A stretch of 57,492 nucleotides of DNA, the filler included, from Bipalium vagum (taxonomy: Eukaryota), in assembly GCA_037834085.1 (NCBI GenBank). It is 3 parts of 3 records of this genome, joined end to end, with 100 filler letters (N's around TTAATTAATTAA, not from the genome) between each part and the next. Parts side by side here need not be neighbours in the genome. Positions count along the whole stretch, not along the records: positions 1 to 23,143 come from JBBMKC010212814.1; 2 more parts are not named here. One strand, given 5' to 3'. The first letter of the stretch is position 1. Every line of letters starts with the position of its first letter. Under the pieces are notes generated by a model. That model had not been told where the DNA came from, did no database searches, and worked only from the letters and a program-made list of their open reading frames with translations. Shown here one piece after another: positions 1 to 11,480 of this stretch. A program made the translations under genes and the position numbers.

Positions 1-67
<67 letters not shown>

Positions 68-78
68 TAATAATAATG
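1..78. repeat. (TAA)n microsatellite
   Basis: More than 20 perfect TAA units from position 1, degenerating at about 70-78. Confidence 0.95.
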
Positions 79-402
79 ATACGGATAACTGTCACTCTGA
101 ACTTAAAAATAAATAAAAGAACAACAAAAGGCCAGCAAAATTAAATGAAAACATTCAAGATTTCAATATACCGATATCCATAATTTTATTCAAAGCCATC
201 AGTCAATTTCTAAATAAGTTAATTTAATTAAAATTTCATAAAATAAATGGAAAAATCTTCATGGAAATTTTCCGTTAAGATGCTGATTGATGTACTGATA
301 ATAATGCCAATTTGATTGATAGACAGAAATTTTAATCAATTGATTTTTATGGAATTTTTACAAAATTTTAAAGCTGATAAAACAAATTATTCCAACCAAT
401 TT

Positions 403-1670
403 TGATAGTGATTTCGGTTGAAAAGTCCTTAGACTCGTATAGAAATATAATTAAGAATTTCTTGAAATATTTAAAATAAATAAATTAATATATACAGGTA
501 GGTAAGGTTTTGTTGAGATAAGGTATAACCTTTTTGAAAAAAATGTATCATCAAGTGGAATTCCGAAGCGTCATACGGTTTTTGCTGTTGAAAAAGACAG
601 AAAGGAATGAAATTATTTCTCAACTGGAGGAAGCATATGGAAATGAAGCACCATGCAAGGCGACTGTATACAATTGGATCAGATAGTTTTCCTGTGGCAG
701 TAACAATGTGTTTGACGAGGAAAATAGTGGAAGACCTACAGAAATTGGGGAACAAAAATTAGAAAAATTGGAGATAATCTATAAAGAAGAAAGGCTATTT
801 ACTCAGAGAGAGATTTCAAATAAACTTAATTTATGCAAGAAGACTGTGCACAACATGTCTTCGAGAGTATTAGAGTCAGAAAATTATGTAGTGAATTTGT
901 CCCACAATTTTTGACAGCGGAGATGAGACAAAAGCGAATGAAAACATTTCAAGAAAATCTGGACCTATTTCATTCTCTTCGATAGGTTTTTGAAGAATAT
1001 TATAACATAGAATGAAACTCCATTGAGTATTTACATTCCATACAATAGGCGTGAGTCTGGTGAAAGGATATTTCTTGAGAATAAAGCACCAATCATGCTT
1101 CATTCGGTGACATCTCACCGGAAATGTCTGACTCTAAGTGTATTTCTGGATGCTAAAGGTGTGATCAAAATTGACTTTGTCCAAGGAAACATAGACTCTC
1201 ACTACTACTATGCACTGCTTAATGATCTGAGAAAGGTGTGATGGAAGCCAAGAATCAAGACTTATTTCTCTTCATGGATAATGCTGCAGTTGATACAGCT
1301 AACCGAACTGCGGATGTCATGCGAGGAAAAAGTTTTGTGCTTGTTTCACATCCACCTAATAGCCCTAATTTGGCTCCCAGTGATTTTTTCTTGTTTCATC
1401 ACTTAAAGAAGCATCTGCGAGGTCAGAGAATTGAGTCTAAAAATGATCTCATACGAATAGTTCAAGATTTTTTCAATGAAAGCCTACTACTTTCTTCTTT
1501 TCTGAGATAAATCGATAGACGAAATGCCTGGAGACAGAAGGTGGTTATATATAAAAAGGATTACGTTTATTTACCTATGTAGTTTACTTGTAATAAATAC
1601 AAAGTTTATTTTCAGTAGCGTTTTTATTTATGTACGAGTCTATGGACTTCTTTTCCACGTCACAATATCA
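403..1670 (+). mobile_element. Decayed full-length mariner (DD34D) DNA transposon, probably in an NR4A intron
   Basis: Imperfect inverted ends (GAAAAGTCCTTAGACTCGTA about 420-439 vs TACGAGTCTATGGACTTCTTTTC about 1633-1655); frameshifted transposase from ATG 543 (MYHQVEFRSVIRFLLLK), SGRP linker, SVFLDAKGVIKIDF, MDNAA, HPPNSPNLAPSDFFLF; about 1.27 kb. Confidence 0.85.
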
Positions 1671-3139
1671 GAAGTAACTTATGAATACCTGTTTTATTTC
1701 AGTCAGAATTTTACTAAATCATTTTAAATAGTTGACAAGGTAGAAGAAACCTTATGAAATTTCTTTCATTTATAATTTGAAATGAAAGTCTGTTAACATA
1801 CATAATATGCGCCGTGTCCTAATAAATATAAAACATTGTGAATCAAGTTTTTTACAAAACCAAATAATATTTACTTTATTTTTTTTATTTATTATATTTC
1901 ATCATAAAATAAAGTTTCAACAGTTCGAATGGATAAATAATTCAAGAAATTTAAAATTAATAAATCTTGTAAATTTTTTTTAATCAAATATCATTGTATC
2001 ATTTTTATAAAAAAATGTTATAGTTATCATTCTTTTTTATATTTAAACTGAAGGAAAATTATCTCTCAATAACAATTTGACAGCAGCCCTCTTGTTTAAA
2101 CTAAACAATTTATAAATCTTAAATTTTTATTTATTTATATTTCATATTGAAAATCAGGAACATGATTGCCTAAGTGTTGATAATAATTTTAATTGACAAT
2201 TAATAATTTCTCATTTCAAATGGCAAATATTTTTTTATTATAATTAGATTTTCTTACTAACCCACTTATAAATAAACAATTAAATTAATTATTTTAAAGC
2301 TAGAAAGACAAAAAAAAGTTTCGTTTTCCCAATAACAGAAGAGTTAATATTTATATATTTATAAAAATGTCAACACTAAAATAAACTGGAAACATTGATA
2401 TCTATCAAAGCAATTTCACATTAAAACGATTTCTTTAGAATTTCAAAGAAGATTTTTTAGGAAATAATTACTTGGGTCATTCCTTAAGTTTTAAGAAAAG
2501 TACAAAATACACAAAATCAGTCTCGAGTAAAAATATTTTTGAATTCAAGAGATCGATTTTTTAAAGAAATTAGTATTTTTTTAATGATTATTCCAAGCGA
2601 TTCGTTTAACAGACATTATTATTTTAACAGATAGAAATAACCATTACTAATGTAAATATCATGTTCACAATTATTCTCCATTTTTATTAAGGATCATTTT
2701 GAGATTTTCAATGAACTTGTAGAGCTGTCGATTTAATTTACCTTCAATTAGCATATTTATCTTAATAAACCTCTGATTTAAATCAAATGAGTTTTGGGGA
2801 TTTCCCAGCGTTCTGAAAAACCATTAGTTACACAAGTTAAAATCTGGAATTAATCTCGTTGATTTTGACGTCACCACTTGACTATTCAGAAAGTTTTTGT
2901 GATCAAAATTTATAATAATAATAATATTCTACTTTTCAGATAGTAAAACAGTGTTAATAAATCATGTCAAAAGACTTAGAAATTAAAGATTGTTGAAGGA
3001 AAATATGAAATCTTAGTTCAATACTAATTTTTCGTTATTTATTTCATAATTTTCATGGCGAAATTTACTTAAAAGTTATGGAATGACTCAATATTTGTAC
3101 TATGTGATAACAGACATTAAAATCATGTTCGGAATTTAG

Positions 3140-5618
3140 AGAACAATACAGAAAAATGCCAGTCACAATTATTCGTGTCTCCATAACCAGAACTGTATCA
3201 TAGACAAACAAAACCGTAATCGCTGTCAATATTGTCGCTATCTGAAGTGCATAAAGGTTGGAATGGTCAAAGAGAGTAAGTTCCTTGGATGCTATTAAAT
3301 TTAGGATTTGGTAAGGAAAGAATAGTGAATTTTCTAATAAATGATTATATAATGATGAATCAAGAGTTTTTTAAACTGTACCATCGAAAAATCAAGGAAG
3401 GTAATTTAGAAACGTTCAATTGTAAGCGAAAATTATTTTGTAATCATTTTTGACATGGAATTTTGATGTTTAGAAATCAGATTGTCTCCAAAAATATAAA
3501 ATATTTACTTTATTAATTAAAGATATATCAGTCGGAATACTGGGGGATAGTACAATCTGATGTTTAGAAATTAAATTTCACGGGATTTTTTGCTTAAATA
3601 TTTGAAAAATATAAATCTTTTCACAGAATTAAACATTAAATTTCCGCAATATTATTTTATAAGACCAAAATAAAATAATTTATTTTAATTATTTATATTT
3701 ATTATTTAATTTATGTCATAAATATAAACTCGTTGAATTCATAATTGTGTTTTTCTGAAATATCTGATTATTTTTATTGTTCTGTTCTCTTGAATCAAGT
3801 ATCTGAATAAAATTAAGAACTATTATATAAAGATTCTGAAAAAAAAATATAAAATATATTTTTTATTTTTCTTGAAATTAAAAGGAATTTATTGTCGATG
3901 AAAAGTGATTGCGATTTTAATGGGTGATGTTGAACCACGAAAGATCAGTTTCTATGACGTGTTTGTATCATGAAAGTATGACATCTGAGTATTAATATAA
4001 AATTAAGATAAAAATTACTCAATTTTAATTTATTAACATTTTGTTGATATGCGTGTTAATTCAACAGTAACATTACATTTCAATGTAGTACTAATTAAGC
4101 TTACAATATATCTAAGTTTTTTGTACCTGCCACATTTTCGGAGAAGAAATACAGAAAAAACACAGACTCAGATCATAATACCAGGCGAATTGACCGATCT
4201 CTCTACTTTCAGATGAGGATTGTCTAAGCAACAATAAAATCTGTTGTGTCTGTTCACACAGCCGTCGGTGTGAAATTCAGCCTCACCGCTCTACAGAATA
4301 TGACTAGAAAGATTTGCATTTCTGTCAATTTGAATGAGAAGTTCTTCACAAAACTCCAATTACATGTCACAAACATTAGATTCAATGTCTTCACCGCTTT
4401 ATGGACTGTTTCATATGAAGCATTAAATTAATTGAACAACCATATAAAGTATGTGTCGAGTTTTCCTTGCAACAGTTGACTATTTTTTTGATCAAATATT
4501 TTTCCACTCTTGCTTGGTATATGTCCACCTTTTGGTACACCATAAACACTCCCAATGTTGAAAAATTGTTAAATATTGTGTTGATTGTTGGTCTACTTGG
4601 TGGATTATTATTCATTTCATGTTTCGGTATTCTTTGAAATGTTATGAATAGGTTACATTTTTATTTCAATTCAGCGGTTTTGACTCGCTCTTCAACGTTA
4701 TGTTTGTCACTGTCTGACACTCAATGCATAATTTAAAATAAAAATTACTATATTATAATTTTAAATATTAAATGTCAACCTACATGTGGAAATACCTTAG
4801 CTAAACAAAATATCCAAAGATTTATTACACTTTAAAATTGTGAAGCTTCTTAATTGACTTCCTGTTTAGTTAAGAAGGCTTCTTTATTTTTAGTGCGTAA
4901 AAGTTACTTGAATAGATTAAATTCAGTCCAAATATAAATTTTAAAACCTTTATAACAGTTTGTATTTTTTAGGTCGTCGACAATCTGGTCACTGTATTTC
5001 ATAAAGGCATTAATTGATGAATACAGTAACTTGAAGCTTTGTATATTTTCTACTGTAAATCTGTTACTAAAAAGATGATTATTTCTTGAAATCGAACGTT
5101 TTTGATGAATTATTGTTATATTTTATTATTATAATTTTATTATTATATTTTATTATTAATAATATTTATTGTAATTCATTATTCATCTGTAATTAGTCGT
5201 CAGAAAAGAAAGCCTCAAAGGTCGCCGAGGGAGACTCTCTTCCAAAGTGAAAATGAAAAACGGAGGAACGCAATCGGTTTATACGGTTGTCAACTTGTTA
5301 TCAACCATAAAGTCGGCTGCAGAATTCACGGAACCAAAATCCTTAGAAAAGGTATGTGTAAATATGAAGACCTTTTTAAATGATTCAAATTTTTATTTAG
5401 TTAACATTAAAAGAATTCAATACCATTGAAAGACTGCAAAAGAAAATAAAAACTGATAATATAATGTCTTATGTTGTAAACGAGCTACACGAGTCTTTGA
5501 AAATCGTGAAACAGTTCGCCGAAAAGTTAATTGGTTTTAATACCCTCAGTACAAAAGATCAAACTATAGTTCTCGTATTAAATGGATTAGAGTTTATTAC
5601 TCTGAGAGCAGGGTTAAG
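3140..5618 (+). CDS. NR4A: NR4A-subfamily nuclear receptor, partial (second zinc finger, A-box, hinge, LBD helices 3-5)
   Basis: Phase-compatible GT-AG exons 3140-3275 ([45 protein letters not shown]), 5197-5351 ([19 protein letters not shown]...), 5401-5618 (...[18 protein letters not shown]...[11 protein letters not shown]). [19 protein letters not shown] and AEK in helix 3 are NR4A hallmarks. First zinc finger not found in the window; 3' exons lost at or after the gap. Confidence 0.9.
4130..4730 (-). mobile_element. DD41D/rosa-like (DUF4817-type HTH) transposase remnant in NR4A intron
   Basis: Minus-strand translation: NVEERVK...[16 protein letters not shown]...[43 protein letters not shown], with stops and frameshifts. 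Confidence 0.7.
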
Positions 5619-5893
5619 GTATTTATTGTTTTTTATGCTCCGTTTCCATGTCATGGTAATGCTGATTTGATTATAATTTCATTCGACATTTATTCTTTAT
5701 AATTGATTCATATTAAAAATATTCAAAAATGAACCACGTGCACCTAAATGCCATTTCAAATTAATAACCTAGTTACAAACTACAATATACCCACAGAATA
5801 CTATCGCTTTGCATAGGATTTAGCACGTAAAATGTATTAATTACAGTTTAATAAAACTACTAAGATTTCAATTATTATTACTAAATCACTAAT

Positions 5894-6090
5894 NNNNNNN
5901 NNNNNNNNNNNNNNNNNNNNNNNNNNNNNNNNNNNNNNNNNNNNNNNNNNNNNNNNNNNNNNNNNNNNNNNNNNNNNNNNNNNNNNNNNNNNNNNNNNNN
6001 NNNNNNNNNNNNNNNNNNNNNNNNNNNNNNNNNNNNNNNNNNNNNNNNNNNNNNNNNNNNNNNNNNNNNNNNNNNNNNNNNNNNNNNNNN
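5894..6090. other. Assembly gap (197 N)
   Basis: Run of N. Confidence 0.99.
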
Positions 6091-6671
6091 TTCGAAAAGA
6101 AATTAGTTTTACTTAAATCTGAAAGAAAAATTTGCTGCTCAAATACTTTCAAAATCCCATTTTGTTTTTCTCACACTCTTTGTTTTTTATTTTTCATGTT
6201 TATTACATCAATTGATTTATTTTTAACTTATTTTTATTATTATTTATTAAAAAATAATTATTTAATTAAATTAAAATATTTGCTCTAATATTCAATTTTA
6301 TTTAAAAGAAATTTGTTCAAATAAACTTTAACTTGCCAAAAAGTAAAATTAAAACAAATTATTAAAGCACAAGGAGTTATTAATGAATTTAATTAAACAA
6401 TATACTAGGCAAAAAGGAGCAAAACAATTTCTAATCAATTAAAACTGTGTGAATTTATGGCTTAATTAATTTTTTCATCATATATAAATATTTCATTATA
6501 ATCTCATTACACAAAATATCAAAAGTAAATGATCATTTCCAAAAAAAAAAGTGAGTACCTTTTATTATATTTAGAGCGTAAAATTCTTGTCTTGTGAGCC
6601 TAACAAGTGGGAAAAGTGAAGTGCAAGTTAATAATGTTGATAAAAAATATAAAATAATTTTTTAAAAATAT

Positions 6672-6942
6672 TCGCCAGCTATACACTGGATTGAGTCGAA
6701 TCTTCTTTCAAAAGCGCTTCCAACTCGTCCGAACCCATTTCTTGTGGTCGACCAATTAGCTTTTTATCCTTTAAATAAATTCCAACACTTTTAAAGCGTC
6801 TGAACTATTCGGGAAATGAAGTCTCAACCATTGATCCATCACCATAAGTTTTGTAAGTTAATCGGGTTGCTTCGGCAGATGTTTTGCATTGATTGAAAAG
6901 GAACAACATACAGTAGCAAATATGCATTTTATCAACTTCCAT
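6672..6942 (-). mobile_element. Mariner transposase N-terminal (HTH) fragment
   Basis: MEVDKMHICYCMLFLFNQCKTSAEATRLTYKTYGDG...*FRRFKS...GRPQEMGSDELEALLKEDSTQSSV*LA; in-frame stops. Confidence 0.8.
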
Positions 6943-7367
6943 AATTATTGCTTGAAATAAATCGGTTAATTTAAATAAGTATAATCAATACCGATATAAA
7001 TATAACCAATAACACTTTAAAAAACATGTTTCCAAACAAAGGATTTGAGCTATTATAATATTTTAAATATTATAAATACCGAGTCATTCAAAATTAAATT
7101 CTATATGTAACTAAACAAAATAACATAAGAAGTCAGAAGTAAATTTATTGACATTAACCAGGTATCGGATTATGATTTGACAATAAAACCTCAAGATTTT
7201 CTCCGTTAACATTAACTCAAACAGGCATTTTCAAAATCAGAGAAGGTATATTTTCAGTTCAAACTTTTTCAAAAAGATTTTCCTTTAACTGCGGAATCAG
7301 TAAATTTAACCATTTACTGATTACAGGATGAATATGGCAAATACCGTTTGTTAGTGAAAATTAATCT

Positions 7368-7438
7368 GAGATACCGGGATTCGAACCCGGGACCTTCACA
7401 TGCGCATGCACTGCTCTGACCGCTGAGCTATATCCACC
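7368..7438 (-). pseudogene. tRNA-derived (Ala-like) pseudogene or repeat head with intact Pol III A and B boxes
   Basis: Minus strand GGTGGATATAGCTCAGCGGTCAGAGCAGTGCATGCGCATGTGAAGGTCCCGGGTTCGAATCCCGGTATCTC: D arm (GCTC/GAGC) and T arm (CCGGG TTCGAAT CCCGG) intact, anticodon loop shortened, acceptor end mismatched; TTTT follows within 10 nt. Confidence 0.75.
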
Positions 7439-9078
7439 AACTAATTTTCAATATATCTCACACCGTTATCGATGGGGAAAACAGAGACATCTCAATTATT
7501 GGTACATCACCCTTCCCTTCAATCCAACGGCGACCATTTTGCTGTTCCAAATTCTTAAATACTTTGTTCAATAGATTCATCTTTCTTGTAGTACAGCTTT
7601 ACAAGAAATAGATTGTCTTCTATGGACAAGATTTTCATTTATTTAAAAATCCGCGTTATTGGTTTAGATAAACAAATTTCGTTTTTAAAAAATCGATTTA
7701 AATAAATAAATAAATAAAAATAGAGATGGTAGATTAATTTTAAATGACCCGATATGTGAGCCATGGAAACTCATGTATACTTCTAATAAATTTTGTTTTA
7801 CTGTATTGATTTAAACAACTGACACTGAATAAGTATGGAGATGTGATTATAATTATCAAAAAGTATTCGATATGTAATAAAAAAGAGTTTGTGACTCGGG
7901 AAAAGACCACCAATAAAAATAAGATCCAAACATGACTTCATCTTTTTTCATTTTCTAAGTTTCAAAATTGTTTTTTATGTCCTACACTAATTTAATTCCT
8001 ATCCTTCAGCCAGTTATTTTTCCAAAAGAAATCTTTCGGGGTAATTGGATTTTATTTTTTCCAAATATCAAATAAATGATTTCTGAAAATTAAAAAAGCA
8101 CAGTTTCCTAGGTATTCCTCTCCACTTTATTGACGAATAATCGAATTTTCAATAATTATTTTAATTAATTTTATTACAGAAGATATATTTAACTTTATAA
8201 ATAAGTGATAAAACGCTGACACTTCGATTTTTTACGGAATTATCAGATTATATTTTTTATTTGTGAAGATAAATTTAGTTAATTATAAAAATACTTTCCC
8301 AAATTGATTTATGTTATATGAATATAAATATTCACATCTGAATAAACTTTTTATTGACAGCAAATAATTTGCAGCTAATTTATTGGTAATAATAAATAAC
8401 ACGAAAAAGTTTTTGGTCTACAATGACAGATAAAAATTTATGATTTAAGTAATAAATATTAATAATATTATTTGCAATTTTGCTCAGTGAATTAAAGATG
8501 AAACGGAAAATAAATCACATTTGCCCTATGGAAAGTGTAAAAATTCTCGAGGATAATAAAAATAAATAATATTTAGTTGGTGCCAAAGATATTATCGTTT
8601 TCGATCTTTGATTTTAAACTGATAAGCTGCACATGTATTACTATTAAAGATAATAATATTTTATTAATTGAAATAAGAACCACGTGATGCTAAACCTCAC
8701 AAAATTTTTAGTTTTGGAAGCTACAATGTTTTTGGTGCAGTTTGAAAATGTGTCCGAAATCCTTTAAAGAATTTTAGGTTGTAGAAATCCAGGGATTAAG
8801 GACTAATACAGAGGATTACCTACTTTAGATTTTACAAATTCATCAAAGTTATTTTCCATTTGCGTTATGATCTACAGAGCTTACATTTATTGTAAAATAT
8901 AAGGTAAATCATAATTAACACCATTATTAAATTTATTAAAATAAACGCCTCACGGTGATATATTCAAAAAAATATCAATTGACATATTTAAACAATATTG
9001 CAACAATGTTCGAGTAATATAAAACTTAGATTCATTTCACATCAATTTAATAAAATTAAAAGATAAACCTATTATCTA

Positions 9079-10275
9079 TTAGGTTGTTCAAAAAATAATG
9101 TCGTTTTTTAATATAGGATTTTGAAAGCATATATTTTAATAATAAAAACAAATAGCTAATAAAAATAAGATCCATTTGAATCAATAAACTTTCGCCAACA
9201 AGTCACAAGTTTATTTATGCCATTTGCATAAAAGTCAGTATCTCTGGTAGCGATCAAATTATTGAAGGCTTGTTTGGCATCGTCTTGATTTCTGAAACAT
9301 TTATTCTTCAGAAAATTCTGCAGATGTTTAAAAAATGGACAATCCATGGACTGGTGACTAAGCTGGATGAAGCAAGGTTTCGTATCCCAACTGGTTTAAT
9401 TTTTATAAGGACGAACGTGCAACAAGCGGTCGAGCGTTGTCGTGCAAAATAATCACTCCCGTTCTATTGACTAACACAGGTTGTCTTTTCTGGAGTTTCA
9501 AGTGCATCTCATCGATTTGTTGAAGAAACCGTGATGGATGAGACCGGCTGGTGACCACCAAACAGTTACCATAACCTTCTTTTGATAAAATTTTAGTTTA
9601 GGAAAGTGTTGTGGAGCTTGATCATCATTGAGCTGAACAACGCTGGTTATTATACATAATCCACGTCACATGTCACGATACGGTCGAGAAAGGGATCAAT
9701 ATTGTTTCGCAAAAGTAGAGAAGATGCAACTTCAAATCGATGATTTTTCTGTATTTCATTGAGTTCATATGGAGCCCATTGTCAAGCTTTTTCGATTTAC
9801 CAATTTCCTGCAAGTGATTCCAAATGGTACCAACAGAAACACTCATTTTTTGATTAAGTTCTGTACAAGGATTTGCCTTCAACAAAGTCTTAAATTTGTC
9901 GTTTTCAATCACCGTTTTTTGCCCACGACCCTCATCATCTTCAAGCGTTTCGTCACCACCAAGAAATTTTTTGAACCAACGTTGAAGCATCCGCTCGTCA
10001 GAATGCATTGTTAATATTACGACTGGCTTCTGCTGCATTATGGCCCAGTTTATATTCATATAAAAAAATTGGTCGTAATTGTGTCTTTTTCATTTTACGT
10101 TCTATGTTAATTAAATATATTATTTTAACTTTATATAAAAAATTAATATTACCAGAAGTAGATTGAAATCTGCGCTTTAAAATGATAAATAATTTAAGTA
10201 GTAAAACAAAAAAAAGTTAAATTAACGTTAAAAAAATGGCTTCATGAAAACCGACATTATTTTTAAACAACCTAA
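9079..10275 (-). mobile_element. Decayed full-length mariner with TIRs and TA target duplication
   Basis: Left TIR TTAGGTTGTTCAAAAAATAATGTCGTTTT, right TIR AAAACCGACATTATTTTTAAACAACCTAA, TA at 9077-78 and 10276-77; transposase pieces QRWFKKF...DETLEDDEGRG, HLQEIGKSKKLD, FKHLQNFL...FYANGINKLVTCWRKFIDSNGSYF. Confidence 0.92.
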
Positions 10276-10277
10276 TA

Positions 10278-10860
10278 CAATAAATGAATCAAATATATTT
10301 TTTGTAGACGAAGTGGTATTTAATCTAAGTATGCAAACCAAGAAAGGAAGATCTGCAATAGTTTCACCAGCTGTACATAATGTTTTTGGACCAAGTTCTA
10401 GACGTATTTCCGTATGTTGTGCAATGAATAAAGAAGGAATATATAAATATACATCCCTAACAACTGCATTCAAATCAATCAAGCATTTGGTCAATTTATT
10501 TTAGAATTACTTGAAAAATTTAATTCACTCAATATTACTCACACTGTTATAATATTAGATAATGTTCCTTTTCACAAACATTATATCCGTACAATATTTT
10601 CTAATAATAATAATAATAATAATATTTCTAATAATGTTTTAACGCTGTATTCTCCATTTCTTAACTCTATAGAGAATATGTTTGCTAAATGGAAACAAGT
10701 GCTGAAGCAAGGCCACCTAACCAAAGAGTAAGAATTAATTTAACTTATCGGGTATGCTTCACAAAGTATTACCGGTTCAAATTGTGAATGTTACTACAGA
10801 AATATATTTTTATTTATTCCAAGATGCAGGAATAAGTTGCCTATTATTGATAGTAATTAA
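10278..10860 (+). mobile_element. IS630/Tc1-type DDE (DDE_3) transposase remnant, split by the mariner insertion
   Basis: INESNIFFVDEVVFNLSMQTKKGRS...ISVCCAM...IILDNVPFHK...YSPFLNSIENMFAKWKQ, stop at 10858-10860; the frame continues left of the mariner (about 8960-9078). Confidence 0.85.
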
Positions 10861-11260
10861 AGTTATTCGGTTTAGTGTTTTAAATTTTTTAATATCGTTT
10901 TAACTAAGCAAAGGCGTTTATATAATTTGTTTTTGAATTACGAGATTGCATTACAAAATTAATTTACAAAATGACGAAATGTATTTTCCCAGTTTTTAAA
11001 ATACTTACATTTTGATATATTAAAGGTGAATTCAAACATTTTGTGCAAATAATACGAATAAATAACATTTTTTCCTAAATCCCTTTTTAATCCAATATTT
11101 TTATTTTAGTTTTTACTTTAAATATAACCAAAAAAAGATACATTGCAAAATCTAGCGCTCCACCTACTCCCTCATGAGTGACAGGAAGCTGACACTTGGT
11201 TTTAACTGAAACCTGTTACAAAACCGTAAAAGATTATGCTGAACCTTTACATTTAAATTT

Positions 11261-11480
11261 TATTTGTCATTATCCAAAAATTATGTCATACTAAAAAAAA
11301 TAATTACGATTATTTTATTTTATCCTTCAAACTAAATATTCACCACAGAATTGTAAAGATCAGGCGTGTCATTTATTTGGATCAGCATAAAGGTAACCGT
11401 GTTGTTACAACTTTTTTTTCATATTTTTCCATTCATTATACTTAAGTAAATTAAGACATGACTTTTCGGATGACCTAATA
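11261..11480. mobile_element. Possible mariner-derived MITE remnant
   Basis: Right end GACATGACTTTTCGGATGACCTAATA looks like a mariner TIR and loosely matches inverted TATTTGTCATTATCCAAAAATTATGTC at about 11261-11287. Confidence 0.3.

Noticed and set aside
5889-6152. 87-aa ORF in the ORF track
   Set aside because: Artefact of translating through the N gap.
7368-7438. Functional tRNA-Ala gene
   Set aside because: No 7-nt anticodon loop and mismatched acceptor end; kept as tRNA-like only.
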